DNA from: Ignavibacteria bacterium
Lineage (GTDB): Bacteria; Bacteroidota; Ignavibacteria; Kapaibacteriales; UBA2268
Direction of reading: 5' to 3'
Assembly (NCBI GenBank): GCA_012518115.1
Contig: JAAYTD010000004.1
Coordinates: forward strand, 2,881 to 66,880
Length of the DNA stretch: 64,000 bases
This document shows, piece after piece, positions 28,809-38,265 of the stretch. Position 1 is the stretch's first letter, and each line of letters opens with the position of its first letter. The notes beneath the pieces are model-generated. The model worked only from the letters and a program-made list of their open reading frames with translations, had not been told where the DNA came from and made no database searches. The translations under genes were made by a program, and so were the position numbers.

Positions 28809-30134
28809 ATGGAAAACTATATTATAAATTTATTAAAAACGCAAGTTATTCCTGCTATTGGTTGTACAGAGCCGATAGCAGTTGCATTAGCTGCTGCTAA
28901 AGCAAGAGAACTATTGGGAGAACTTCCTGATAAAGTTGAAGTCTTGTTAAGTAAAAATGTTTTAAAAAATGGAATGGGAGTTGGGATCCCTGGAACAGGA
29001 ATGACAGGTTTACCAATAGCCGTTGCATTAGGGATAACTTCTTGTAACTCATCTGATTCATTAGAATTGCTAAAAAATGTTTCTACTGAAGATGTAGAAA
29101 AAGCTAATCAATTTATAAAAAACAATAATATTAGTTTGCAAAGAAAACAAACTGATGAAAAATTATATATTGAAATTATATGCAAAAAAAACGATTCATT
29201 TTCAAGAGTTATTATTGCAGGATTTCATACTAACATTGTTTTTTGTGAAAAAAATGGTCAAGTAATTCTGGATAATTTGCAATCATTAGAACAAAACAAA
29301 GATAATATAAAGCAAAATGAAGATCCATTCGAAATAAAATTAAAAGATATTTATGATTTTTCTGTAAAATGTGATATAGAGAAAATTAGCTTTATATTAG
29401 AAACTGCTAAAGTAAATAGAATAGCTGCTGAGGTTGGACTTAGTTCCGACTACGGTTTGAAAGTAGGACGAACTATTGAAGATAATATAAATAACGGAAT
29501 TTATCAAGAAAGTGCTTTAACTCATGCTTTGATTTTAACGACTGCAGCAATTGATGCAAGAATGGGCGGTTCTGTAGTAACTATATATAGTAATTCAGGT
29601 AGTGGTGATCAAGGTATTACAGTTACTTTACCTGTTTTAGCTTGCTATGAAAAACAGGTAAATAAAATCCTTGATACTAAAAATGAACTTCCCGTGAATG
29701 AAATGGAAAAATTGATAAGAGCTCTTACTTTAAGCCATCTTGTTGCAATTTATATTAAAATGAAATTAGGAGTTCTTTCTTCTTTTTGTGGCGTTACTAT
29801 AGCTATGATAGGAGCGGCTTGTGGCATAACTTATTTGTTAGATGGGGACTATGAAAATATATGTTTTGCTATAAAAAACTGTGCTGCTGGAATTATTGGA
29901 ATGATTTGTGACGGGGCTAAAAACGGTTGTTCAATAAAAGTTGCTGCTGCTGTTTTTGCTGCATTTAATGCTGCAACTATGGCTAAAATAAATATCTGCC
30001 CTATGGATAATGAAGGGATTGTGCATAATGATGTAGAATGTACAATAGAAAATATTGTCAATATCAGTAAAAAAGGAATGGCACAACTTGATGATGTAAT
30101 TTTAGAAATGATGTTGGAAAAAATAGACTGTTAA
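28809..30134 (+). CDS. UPF0597 / serine-dehydratase-alpha-like protein (L-cysteine desulfidase family)
   Basis: 441 aa. N-terminal PAIGCTEPIAVALAAAKA, as in E. coli YhaM-type proteins, and a Gly/Cys-rich C-terminal half. Confidence 0.72.
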   Translation: MENYIINLLKTQVIPAIGCTEPIAVALAAAKARELLGELPDKVEVLLSKNVLKNGMGVGIPGTGMTGLPIAVALGITSCNSSDSLELLKNVSTEDVEKANQFIKNNNISLQRKQTDEKLYIEIICKKNDSFSRVIIAGFHTNIVFCEKNGQVILDNLQSLEQNKDNIKQNEDPFEIKLKDIYDFSVKCDIEKISFILETAKVNRIAAEVGLSSDYGLKVGRTIEDNINNGIYQESALTHALILTTAAIDARMGGSVVTIYSNSGSGDQGITVTLPVLACYEKQVNKILDTKNELPVNEMEKLIRALTLSHLVAIYIKMKLGVLSSFCGVTIAMIGAACGITYLLDGDYENICFAIKNCAAGIIGMICDGAKNGCSIKVAAAVFAAFNAATMAKINICPMDNEGIVHNDVECTIENIVNISKKGMAQLDDVILEMMLEKIDC

Positions 30135-30144
30135 AACAACAAAA

Positions 30145-30531
30145 ATGAAAAGAAGTTTTTTAAAATCAAAAATTCATCGCGCTGTTATAACTCAAACGGA
30201 ATTGCACTATGAAGGCAGCTTGACTATCGATAAAAAAATAATGGAAGAAGCTGATGTCTTGGAGCTTGAAAAGGTTTCTGTTGTGAATATTAACAACGGT
30301 GAAAGATTTGAAACCTATGTAATTCCGGGTGAAAGAGGTAGCGGTACAATATGTTTGAATGGTGCAGCAGCAAGAAAAGCGATTGTAGGTGATAAAGTAA
30401 TTATTATGACTTTCTGCGACTTAGATGAAACAGAAATATCAAATTTCGAACCTAAAATTATATTGCTTGACGAAGACAATAAAATCAAATCCGTTTTGAA
30501 CAAAATCGAAGTAAATAATAAAATTAATTAG
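30145..30531 (+). CDS. panD: aspartate 1-decarboxylase
   Basis: 128 aa. KSKIHRAVIT and the self-cleavage site YEGSLTID. Confidence 0.92.
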   Translation: MKRSFLKSKIHRAVITQTELHYEGSLTIDKKIMEEADVLELEKVSVVNINNGERFETYVIPGERGSGTICLNGAAARKAIVGDKVIIMTFCDLDETEISNFEPKIILLDEDNKIKSVLNKIEVNNKIN

Positions 30532-30538
30532 CATAAAT

Positions 30539-31282
30539 ATGTTTTCAATTATAATTTTAGCTGCTGGACTTGGCAAACGAATGCAAATGCCTGATACTCC
30601 TAAAGTTCTAGCTAGTTTGAAAGGAAAACCACTGATTTATTATGTACTTAAAACTGCAATTTCTTTATCGCCTGAAAAAATTGTTCTTATAGTGGGATAT
30701 AGGAAAGAATTAGTTATTGAGTATGTTAGCAAAGAGTTTCCAAATAGCAATATAGTTTTTGTTGAACAAGAGAAGCAATTAGGCACGGGAGACGCAGCAA
30801 AAGTAGCTAGTAAAGAATTAAAAAATTATAATGCTGATGTACTAATTTTAGCGGGCGATGTACCAATGATAAAAGCTAAAACGTTAAGAGAATTTATTGA
30901 AGAACATAAAAAAAATAGTTCTGATGTATCTGTTTTATCTGCGGTTACGGAAAATCCGACAGGATACGGTAGAGTGGTACGTGATAATAACAAACAATTT
31001 CAAGCAATTATAGAAGAAAAAGACGCTGACGAAAAAATAAAAGCAATTAATGAAGTAAATACAGGAATATATTTTCTAAATGCTAAATTGTTATTTGAGT
31101 TGTTAGATCAAATTAGCGATGATAATCAACAGAAAGAGTATTATTTAACGGATATTGTTCATATAGGTAAGAAGCAAAATCTAAAATTAACAGCTACGCG
31201 CGCTAGTAACTTTGATGAATTTCAAGGTGTTAATACTCAAGAACAATTGCTTGAGTTAGAGGCGAAGATGATAGATGAATAA
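30539..31282 (+). CDS. sugar-1-phosphate nucleotidyltransferase resembling the GlmU N-terminal (uridyltransferase) domain only
   Basis: 247 aa. ILAAGLGKRMQ, QLGTGDA, LAGDVPMI, GYGRVVRD, EVNTGIYF and EYYLTD match the GlmU pyrophosphorylase domain. There is no left-handed beta-helix acetyltransferase part. Confidence 0.75.
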   Translation: MFSIIILAAGLGKRMQMPDTPKVLASLKGKPLIYYVLKTAISLSPEKIVLIVGYRKELVIEYVSKEFPNSNIVFVEQEKQLGTGDAAKVASKELKNYNADVLILAGDVPMIKAKTLREFIEEHKKNSSDVSVLSAVTENPTGYGRVVRDNNKQFQAIIEEKDADEKIKAINEVNTGIYFLNAKLLFELLDQISDDNQQKEYYLTDIVHIGKKQNLKLTATRASNFDEFQGVNTQEQLLELEAKMIDE

Positions 31283-31290
31283 ATTTTTAA

Positions 31291-31340
31291 AATTCCCCTT
31301 TGGGACGAAGGGGGTGGCAGGCGAAGCCTGACGGGTAGTC
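31291..31340. repeat. GC-rich modular hairpin repeat, locus 4
   Basis: aattcccctttgggacgaagggggtggcaggcgaagcctgacgggtagtc. It is in the opposite orientation to loci 1 and 2 and starts 9 nt after the stop codon. Confidence 0.9.
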
Positions 31341-31357
31341 TTTTTGATGACAAGATA

Positions 31358-31400
31358 TAAAAAAAAGAGAGATTAGGAAAACACCTAATCTCTCTTTTTT
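31358..31400. terminator. bidirectional rho-independent terminator (between nucleotidyltransferase and frr)
   Basis: Perfect 12-bp stem agagagattagg / cctaatctctct (31366-31377 / 31384-31395), flanked by an A-run and a T-run. Confidence 0.8.
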
Positions 31401-31402
31401 CA

Positions 31403-31963
31403 TTATATTTCTGTTAATTCTTTTTCTTTTGCTGCCAATGCAAGATCAATTTCTTTTATAAAGCTATCAGTAATCTTTTGGATTTCTTCTTCGCCTTTTT
31501 TCCTTTCATCTTCAGCAAAATTTTTGTTTTTCTCAGCCTTTTTTAAGACTTCAAGCTGATCACGTCTAATGTTTCTTATTGCAATTTTTCCGTCTTCGCT
31601 ATATTTTTTGCACATTTTAACGAATTCTTTACGTCTTTCTTCTGTTAAAGGTGGCACAGGAATTCTTAAAATTTGTCCATCATTTTGTGGATTAAACCCT
31701 AGATCAGCTATTTGAATAGCTTTCTCTATTAAAGATAGAGTTGAAGGATCAAAAGGTTGTACAATTATTGTTCTAGCGTCAGGAACAGATACACCTGCTA
31801 CTTGATTTATTGGAGCTGGTGAGCCGTAATAATCAATAGTAATGCCATCAAGTAGAGTGGCACTAGCTCTTCCTGTACGAACTTTATCTAATTGCATCTT
31901 GCAATAAGAAACTGATTTTGTCATCAGTTCTTTTGTTTTGTCTTGAATTTCTTTTACTGTCAT
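31403..31963 (-). CDS. frr: ribosome recycling factor
   Basis: RRF pattern DGITIDYYGSPAPINQVAGVSVPDARTIIVQPFD and PPLTEERRKE. The start is taken at the internal ATG (MTVKEIQDK..., 186 aa) rather than the ORF-track start at 32008. Confidence 0.92.
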   Translation of the reverse strand: MTVKEIQDKTKELMTKSVSYCKMQLDKVRTGRASATLLDGITIDYYGSPAPINQVAGVSVPDARTIIVQPFDPSTLSLIEKAIQIADLGFNPQNDGQILRIPVPPLTEERRKEFVKMCKKYSEDGKIAIRNIRRDQLEVLKKAEKNKNFAEDERKKGEEEIQKITDSFIKEIDLALAAKEKELTEI

Positions 31964-31976
31964 TTTCTCTCTATTA

Positions 31977-32972
31977 TTATGTATTTTTCTTTTTTGTTTT
32001 TGAAACAACTAAAACGGTTACACCTATAACTAGTAACAATATAACTAACAACCAAGGTAGATTTTTAGTTATAAAGTTCATAAAATTACTGCCTATAGTG
32101 TCGCCTCTTTTTTCTATTTCTAATAAAAACTCATTAAGTTCATTTTCTATATTAGATGCTTGCGTTAAAGCACATTCTATTCCACTGGTACGCAATTTAA
32201 CAATTAGTTCAGTAGTAGCATCGATATAGTTAGTAATTTGTGGGTCATGCTTTTGATTGTTTTTATAGAAAACAGCTGCTGAATCCATAAAAGCAGCATC
32301 TGTTCTCATAGATTGTAAGGTAGTTGTAAAATTAATTTTAAGTAATTGAGCAACAGCACATTGTGTTTGATTTAGCGAATCTATAATGTTTTTAGGAACA
32401 TCTTGCATCAGTTCATTATTAAATGCTTCGTCAGGCATTATCATCAGCATTTGAGCTAATAATGTACTACTATTTTGTAGAAGTTCTTTTGTTTCTAAAT
32501 TTTCTTTTTGCATTTGTTTGTTCGCTTTTTCAAGTTTAGCTGCTTGTTTTTTATAGCTATTAATTTGTGAATTTAATTTATCTATTAATTCTAAAAGCTT
32601 GACATTTTCAGCAGCTAAGCTATCGCGTTGTTTTTCTGTTAGAAGTCTTAAATTAACTTGTTCGTCTAATTCATCTAATGTCTTAGACATATTTTGCATT
32701 TTTGTTAGATAATTTTTATAATCATCTAATTTTGCAGCTGCATCAGATTTGATTTTCATGCAAAGTCTTCTATTTGCTTCACCATAAATGTCGGGATCAA
32801 TAGAGATAGCCTCGTTTAATAACTTAACATCTTCTTTAGTTAATTCTTCTGTGTTTTTGGTTAAAACAGGTTGAACTTTAACTAAAAAGTTTTGAAAGGC
32901 TTCTTCAGTTTGAGCCAGCAAAATAGTAAATGATAGGATTGATAAAATAACAGTTAAAGTAATTTTTTTCAT
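31977..32972 (-). CDS. hypothetical coiled-coil protein with signal peptide and C-terminal TM anchor
   Basis: The start is taken at MKKITLTVILSILSFTILLAQ (the ATG overlaps the upstream TAA as TAATG). A long heptad-like region (KLLELIDKLNSQINSYKKQAAKLEKANKQMQKENLE) and a C-terminal WLLVILLLVIGVTVLVV. Confidence 0.6.
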   Translation of the reverse strand: MKKITLTVILSILSFTILLAQTEEAFQNFLVKVQPVLTKNTEELTKEDVKLLNEAISIDPDIYGEANRRLCMKIKSDAAAKLDDYKNYLTKMQNMSKTLDELDEQVNLRLLTEKQRDSLAAENVKLLELIDKLNSQINSYKKQAAKLEKANKQMQKENLETKELLQNSSTLLAQMLMIMPDEAFNNELMQDVPKNIIDSLNQTQCAVAQLLKINFTTTLQSMRTDAAFMDSAAVFYKNNQKHDPQITNYIDATTELIVKLRTSGIECALTQASNIENELNEFLLEIEKRGDTIGSNFMNFITKNLPWLLVILLLVIGVTVLVVSKTKKKNT

Positions 32973-33475
32973 TATAAACCTGCCTTGGGAGTTAGATTTT
33001 CCCATTTTTCGTTATCAATATTAAAGATATAAGCATATTCTTTATTTTCGCCTCGCATTAATAAGTTTTTATTGTTAATTTCAAAAATAGGAGGCATTTG
33101 GAGGTCTGATTCTGGGAATACAAATTTATTTATTTTTGCTTGGTTTCCTTTAGGAGTAAGCATCCATAAATGCTTGAATTCTTCACCAGTTATAAAATAT
33201 CTGCCACGAATTTTAGCAATTGTTACATTAATTCCTGAACGAGGAGTAATTTTTTCACCTTTTAAAATTTCGTTGATAAAAATTTTCTCACCTGTTTCTG
33301 TCATAACAACAATACAATCTTCGCCTATCATTGCTGTAACAGGACATTCATGGTCTTTGCATAGTAAGCGTTGCGACTGAACGCATGTCAAGCAAGTTTG
33401 TTCAAAGTTAATTTTTGTAGCACAAGAAGTACATATTAAGAGTACTAAAATGCTGAAAATTAGTTTAAATCTCAT
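32972..33475 (-). CDS. hypothetical Cys-rich lipoprotein
   Basis: 167 aa. Lipobox-like LLICTSC and a Cys cluster C-x10-C-x2-C-x8-C-x4-C. Translationally coupled to the next gene. Confidence 0.6.
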   Translation of the reverse strand: MRFKLIFSILVLLICTSCATKINFEQTCLTCVQSQRLLCKDHECPVTAMIGEDCIVVMTETGEKIFINEILKGEKITPRSGINVTIAKIRGRYFITGEEFKHLWMLTPKGNQAKINKFVFPESDLQMPPIFEINNKNLLMRGENKEYAYIFNIDNEKWENLTPKAGL

Positions 33476-33600
33476 ATTTTTTTACCTCAATTTATATAAA
33501 ATAATTACTAATTTACTTTATTTTTTCCAATTTACCAATTTTTTTTTAAATTTTATACATTTTTTCAATTTTTTATGTAAAAATTAAGGATAATTAAGAT

Positions 33601-33632
33601 TAATTTCTATATATTAATTTCTATATATTAAT
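33601..33632. repeat. 14-bp tandem duplication in divergent promoter region
   Basis: taatttctatatat occurs twice (33601-33614, 33615-33628), followed by a partial taat. Confidence 0.7.
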
Positions 33633-33655
33633 CAATTATTTATATTAAACACCTT

Positions 33656-34663
33656 ATGAACAAAAATAATTTTAGTGCTGCAATAATTGTAAAAAATGAA
33701 GAGAAAAACATAGAAAAATGTATAAAATCTGTATTGCCTTTTTGTTCGCAAGTCGTTGTAGTTGATACAGGTTCAACAGATAGAACACCTATATTAGCTT
33801 CAAAGTTAGGTGCAGAAATTTATTTCCACAAATGGAACAATTCGTTTTCCGAGTCGCGTAATATAGCATTAAATTATGCAAGAAATAAATGGATCATCTC
33901 AATAGATGCTGACGAAACCTTAGACTTTTCATCTTTTAACAACTTCCTAAAAGATGAATTTCCATATCTAAATCAAAAAATTGGCGGAATATCAATTAAT
34001 TTGAAAAATTATTTAGATGACAAATTAGAAACTTTTTCACTGCATAGATTTACGCGGATATTCATTAATCATAAAAATATAAAATTCCAGCGAAATGTAC
34101 ACGAACAAATAACGTCGTCCATAGAAGAAAATAATTTTGAAATTTATACATCTAATATCTTATTTCATCATTTTGGATATATAGAAAAAAGTGCAGAAAA
34201 AATACAGCGGAATAAAATGCTTTTAGAGGAAAATATAAGCAAAGGAGTTGATGTTGATTATGATTTATATCATCTTGCAAGTACAGAATTTGCTGCAAAT
34301 AATATTCAAGTAGCGGAAAAATTATTTGAAAAACTTCTAAATTCAAATCAACTTTCAAAAGAACAAATTGCTATGGTTAGAGTGAAGTTAGGACAAATTT
34401 TCTTGCAAAAATCTGAATATGACAAAGTAAACACTATTTTAGATTTTTCTTATGACGATATAAATTTAGAAGGATTGAGACAAAGCGTACTAGCTTCGGC
34501 AAAACTTATGCAAAAAGATTTTCACGCAGCACAAATGTTGTACGATAAATTTGAAATCAACAATTCTTCTATGGTTGATAGTGCAATTATAAAACAAGCA
34601 AAAGAAGTACTGAAAAAAATTAACTATGAGCTTCAAACCAATTCTTCCCAAAATTCATATTGA
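33656..34663 (+). CDS. family 2 glycosyltransferase with C-terminal helical (TPR-like) region
   Basis: 335 aa. SAAIIVKNEEKNIEKCIKSV...VVVDTGSTDRT...ISIDADE, which are GT2 motifs. The 3' end overlaps polA by 44 nt (convergent). Confidence 0.8.
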   Translation: MNKNNFSAAIIVKNEEKNIEKCIKSVLPFCSQVVVVDTGSTDRTPILASKLGAEIYFHKWNNSFSESRNIALNYARNKWIISIDADETLDFSSFNNFLKDEFPYLNQKIGGISINLKNYLDDKLETFSLHRFTRIFINHKNIKFQRNVHEQITSSIEENNFEIYTSNILFHHFGYIEKSAEKIQRNKMLLEENISKGVDVDYDLYHLASTEFAANNIQVAEKLFEKLLNSNQLSKEQIAMVRVKLGQIFLQKSEYDKVNTILDFSYDDINLEGLRQSVLASAKLMQKDFHAAQMLYDKFEINNSSMVDSAIIKQAKEVLKKINYELQTNSSQNSY

Positions 34664-37421
34664 CAACGATAGGAACTTCACCTAACGGAAAAGCATTTGT
34701 CATATTAGTTTGTACTATGTTTGCAATAATTTCTGTTTCGTCAGGTGTAACATCAAAAACGAGCTCGTCGTGAATTTGCAGTATCATTTTAGATTTTAAT
34801 TTGTTTTGCTTCATAGAGTTGTATATTTTCAACATTGCAATTTTTATCATATCTGATGCTGTTCCTTGAACGGGCATATTGATTGCAGCTCTTTCGGCTG
34901 CCGTCCTTATAGTGTGGTTTGAATGATTGATATTAGGATAATAGGAACGTCTTCCCGTTAAAGTTTCTGCGTAAGATTTAGATTTTACTTTCTTTACAGT
35001 TTCGGTCATATATTCTTCAATTTTTGGGAAACGTTCAAAATAATTTTTTATAATTCTACTAGCTTCTTGTCGTGATATATTTAATCTTTGGGCAAGTCCG
35101 AAAGCTCCTAAGCCATACATAATTCCAAAGTTAACAGTTTTAGCTGTTTGTCTCATCTCTGTTGAAACTTCATCGCTATCTATTTCAAAAAGTTTAGCAG
35201 CTGTAGCTTTATGAATATCTGCATCTTCAACAAAAGCAGAAATCAAATTTTCATCTTGGCTTAAAAATGCCATAACTCGTAGCTCTATTTGCGAATAATC
35301 TGCGGATAAGAGATAAGCATCGGGCGAGCTTGGAACAAATGCACGTCTAATTTCACGACCTATTTCAGTTTTTATCGGTATGTTTTGTAAATTTGGATCA
35401 GTTGAAGAAAGTCTGCCCGTGCTTGTTATAGCTTGATTGAAAGTAGTATGAATTTTCTTAGTAATCGGATCAATAAGAGTTGGCAAAACATCAATATAAG
35501 TAGATTTTAGTTTTACCAATTGTCTATATTTTAGAATTTTTGATATTATAGGATAAGCAGGCGCTAGTTCGCTAAGTGATTGAAAATCAGTGCGATAGCC
35601 GGTTTTTGTTTTTTTCGTTGCAGGTAGTTGCAGCTTCTCAAACAGTACCTCACCTAATTGTTTAGGAGAATCAATATTAAATTCAATTTGTGTTTCATCA
35701 AAAATATCAGTACGTAGAACAGTAATTTGAGAAGTTATATCTTTATTTATGTCTTCTAAAATATTTACATCAAGTTTGACCCCGTTATATTCCATTTCTG
35801 ATAAAACTTCTATTAACGGAATTTCAAGATCATTATTAATTTTTTCTAAATTATTTTCTGCCAATTTTTCTGCTAATTTTGGCTGCAATTTTAACGAAAT
35901 ATCAACTTGTTCACAAGCTATATCGCAAAGTTTTTCTAATGTAGAATCATCTGAAATATCAATATTTTTACCTAATATACTTTTGCTATCTAAAAGATTA
36001 TAATTCAAGATTTTTTTAGAAATAGTTGTAAGCGTTTGTCTTTCATTAGGTTCTAACAAATAGGCGGCAATCATAATATCAAAAGTAGCTGGCGCTAGGT
36101 TAATTCCGTGATATTTTAGTAGTGTCATGGAATTTTTTAAATCATAAGCACATTTTTTAATATTTGGATTCTCTAAAATATTTTTAAGCTTTTTTAGAAT
36201 ATCGGAAATATCAAAACGTTCATATTTGCTATATGAATTAGAGTTCTCATCAGAAGTTTTTTCTGCGTCAAAAAGTGAAATTTTGGATACATTATTTTCT
36301 TTTTGAAGTGATATTGGAATATACAAAGCTTCATTTTGAGTGTAAGCCAAAGCAATTCCTATGATTTGTTTCACTCCTGATTTATTATCTATTGTGTCGA
36401 GATGTATAGAAATAAGCGAAGAATTTTCTAATTTATCTAAGTAGTTTTTAATATTTTCTTGTGTAGCTATGGTATATTTAATTTTAGAATTTACTGCATC
36501 TTGCAGAGATTTCTCTTGTGTAACTAGCGCGTTGCCATATTTTTCACTTCGTTTTTTCCATTTAACCCGCAATTGTTTGAAATCTAAAGAAGCAAAAAAG
36601 TCATCTATTGCTGTAAAGTCGGCACTAGCTAGTTGCAAATCATCGATAGTTATTTCCAATGGCACATTTGTATCAATCGTAACTAATTCTTTCGATAAAA
36701 ATGCCATTTCTTTGTCAGTTACTAATTTTTTTCGTAAGCTATCCTTTATAGTTTCATCAGTTTCTAAATTTTCATAAATATCATTTAAGCTAGAGTATTT
36801 TTCAAGTAACGACAATGCTGTTTTTTCGCCTACGCCACGAACTCCGGGTACATTATCCGAACTATCACCTGTAAGTGCTAAAAAATCAATTACTTGCGAC
36901 GGCAACACTCCCATTTTTTCTACAACACCTTCTGCTCCTATCTTTTCATAATCGCTACTATCTCGCTTGTTGCGTAGAATGAAAATACTATCGTGTACTA
37001 ATTGAAAAAAATCTTTATCTGATGTTATACAATATACTTCAATTTCATTTCCTTTGGCATACTGTGCTAAAGTGCCAATAATATCATCAGCTTCAAAACC
37101 CGGCTTTTCTATTCGTTTTATTCCGCAAAGATCTACAAATGACTTTATGAAAGGGATTTGTTCGGCTAAATCTTCAGGCATTTTAATGCGATTTGCTTTG
37201 TATTCAGGATAAAGTTTATGGCGAAAAGTAGGTTCAGAACGATCAAAAACTACAGCTATATATTCGGGCGAAAATTGTTCTAACAAACTTGTAAGTATAT
37301 TAATAAATCCTAAAATAGCTCCAGTAGGCGTATTGTCTTTGTTTGTAAATCTAGTGTTCTGCATAGCATAATAAGCACGAAACACAATAGACATCCCATC
37401 AATTAAGTATAATTTTTGCAT
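34620..37421 (-). CDS. polA: DNA polymerase I
   Basis: 933 aa. 5'-nuclease N-terminus LIDGMSIVFRAYYA, motif A LLSADYSQIELRVMA, motif B RQTAKTVNFGIMYG, motif C LQIHDELVF. Confidence 0.97.
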   Translation of the reverse strand: MQKLYLIDGMSIVFRAYYAMQNTRFTNKDNTPTGAILGFINILTSLLEQFSPEYIAVVFDRSEPTFRHKLYPEYKANRIKMPEDLAEQIPFIKSFVDLCGIKRIEKPGFEADDIIGTLAQYAKGNEIEVYCITSDKDFFQLVHDSIFILRNKRDSSDYEKIGAEGVVEKMGVLPSQVIDFLALTGDSSDNVPGVRGVGEKTALSLLEKYSSLNDIYENLETDETIKDSLRKKLVTDKEMAFLSKELVTIDTNVPLEITIDDLQLASADFTAIDDFFASLDFKQLRVKWKKRSEKYGNALVTQEKSLQDAVNSKIKYTIATQENIKNYLDKLENSSLISIHLDTIDNKSGVKQIIGIALAYTQNEALYIPISLQKENNVSKISLFDAEKTSDENSNSYSKYERFDISDILKKLKNILENPNIKKCAYDLKNSMTLLKYHGINLAPATFDIMIAAYLLEPNERQTLTTISKKILNYNLLDSKSILGKNIDISDDSTLEKLCDIACEQVDISLKLQPKLAEKLAENNLEKINNDLEIPLIEVLSEMEYNGVKLDVNILEDINKDITSQITVLRTDIFDETQIEFNIDSPKQLGEVLFEKLQLPATKKTKTGYRTDFQSLSELAPAYPIISKILKYRQLVKLKSTYIDVLPTLIDPITKKIHTTFNQAITSTGRLSSTDPNLQNIPIKTEIGREIRRAFVPSSPDAYLLSADYSQIELRVMAFLSQDENLISAFVEDADIHKATAAKLFEIDSDEVSTEMRQTAKTVNFGIMYGLGAFGLAQRLNISRQEASRIIKNYFERFPKIEEYMTETVKKVKSKSYAETLTGRRSYYPNINHSNHTIRTAAERAAINMPVQGTASDMIKIAMLKIYNSMKQNKLKSKMILQIHDELVFDVTPDETEIIANIVQTNMTNAFPLGEVPIVVNMNFGKNWFEAHS

Positions 37422-37562
37422 AGTAAATATGGAAATGTTGAAGTAAATATCTAATTTATAATATATTTTTTAAAAAACTAAGTAATTTTCAACAAATAAT
37501 ATTATTTTTATATTTAGTAAAAAATCAATTTAATAAAATTTGAATTAAAATCATAAAATAAA

Positions 37563-38261
37563 ATGAATAAAATATTAATTATGATTGTGTTCTGTGCAAT
37601 GAATACAATTTTTAGTCCTATAAGTTTGAAAGCGAATGAAATACCGCAAGACGAAAACAAATTTATTTTTAAGTCGCCGAGACCACTAATAGAATCAGAA
37701 GATTTTGCTCAAAATAAAAGAAATTCTGGTGGCTTAGAAATACTTTTATCTGGCTCAGGAATAGGAGTAGGCGGACAATTCGAAAGAATTGTATCAAATA
37801 ATTACAAAATAAATTACGGTTTGTTTGTTTCGGGAAAGCGTAATACAGATGAAATAGAGTATTGGGACTATGAAGCTAGAAACTTTGTTATCCCTAATAA
37901 AGTCAATAGGTTGTTTACCGTTCCTATAAATATCGGCATACAGCGAAGTATTAATTTGAAAGATTTGTCAAAAAGCTTTAGACCATTTATAGGTGCATCA
38001 GCTATTAATATGATAATTTGGCAATTACCTTATGAAGCAGATTTTTTTAATGAAATTCGAGACGGTAAATTCCATTATCGTTTTGGCGGAGCTGCTTATA
38101 TCGGTGCTGATTTTGGAGCTTTCAATACGGCATTAATAAGTTTCAAAATGAAATATTGTTTTGTTCCATGGGGCAACAATGGTATTGAAAGTATTAAAAA
38201 TTTTCCTATAAAAAATATGGGCGGGTTCTTTTTGTCGTTAACAGTAGGAAGTTTCTTCTAA
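37563..38261 (+). CDS. hypothetical secreted / outer-membrane protein
   Basis: 232 aa with a signal peptide, Gly/aromatic strand pattern and a C-terminal ...LTVGSFF (aromatic terminal residue). Confidence 0.5.
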   Translation: MNKILIMIVFCAMNTIFSPISLKANEIPQDENKFIFKSPRPLIESEDFAQNKRNSGGLEILLSGSGIGVGGQFERIVSNNYKINYGLFVSGKRNTDEIEYWDYEARNFVIPNKVNRLFTVPINIGIQRSINLKDLSKSFRPFIGASAINMIIWQLPYEADFFNEIRDGKFHYRFGGAAYIGADFGAFNTALISFKMKYCFVPWGNNGIESIKNFPIKNMGGFFLSLTVGSFF

Positions 38262-38265
38262 TTTT

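Noticed and set aside
31918-32229. 103-aa plus-strand ORF spanning the frr start and the coiled-coil gene end
   Set aside because: It is antisense to two better-supported minus-strand genes and has hydrophobic low-complexity sequence.
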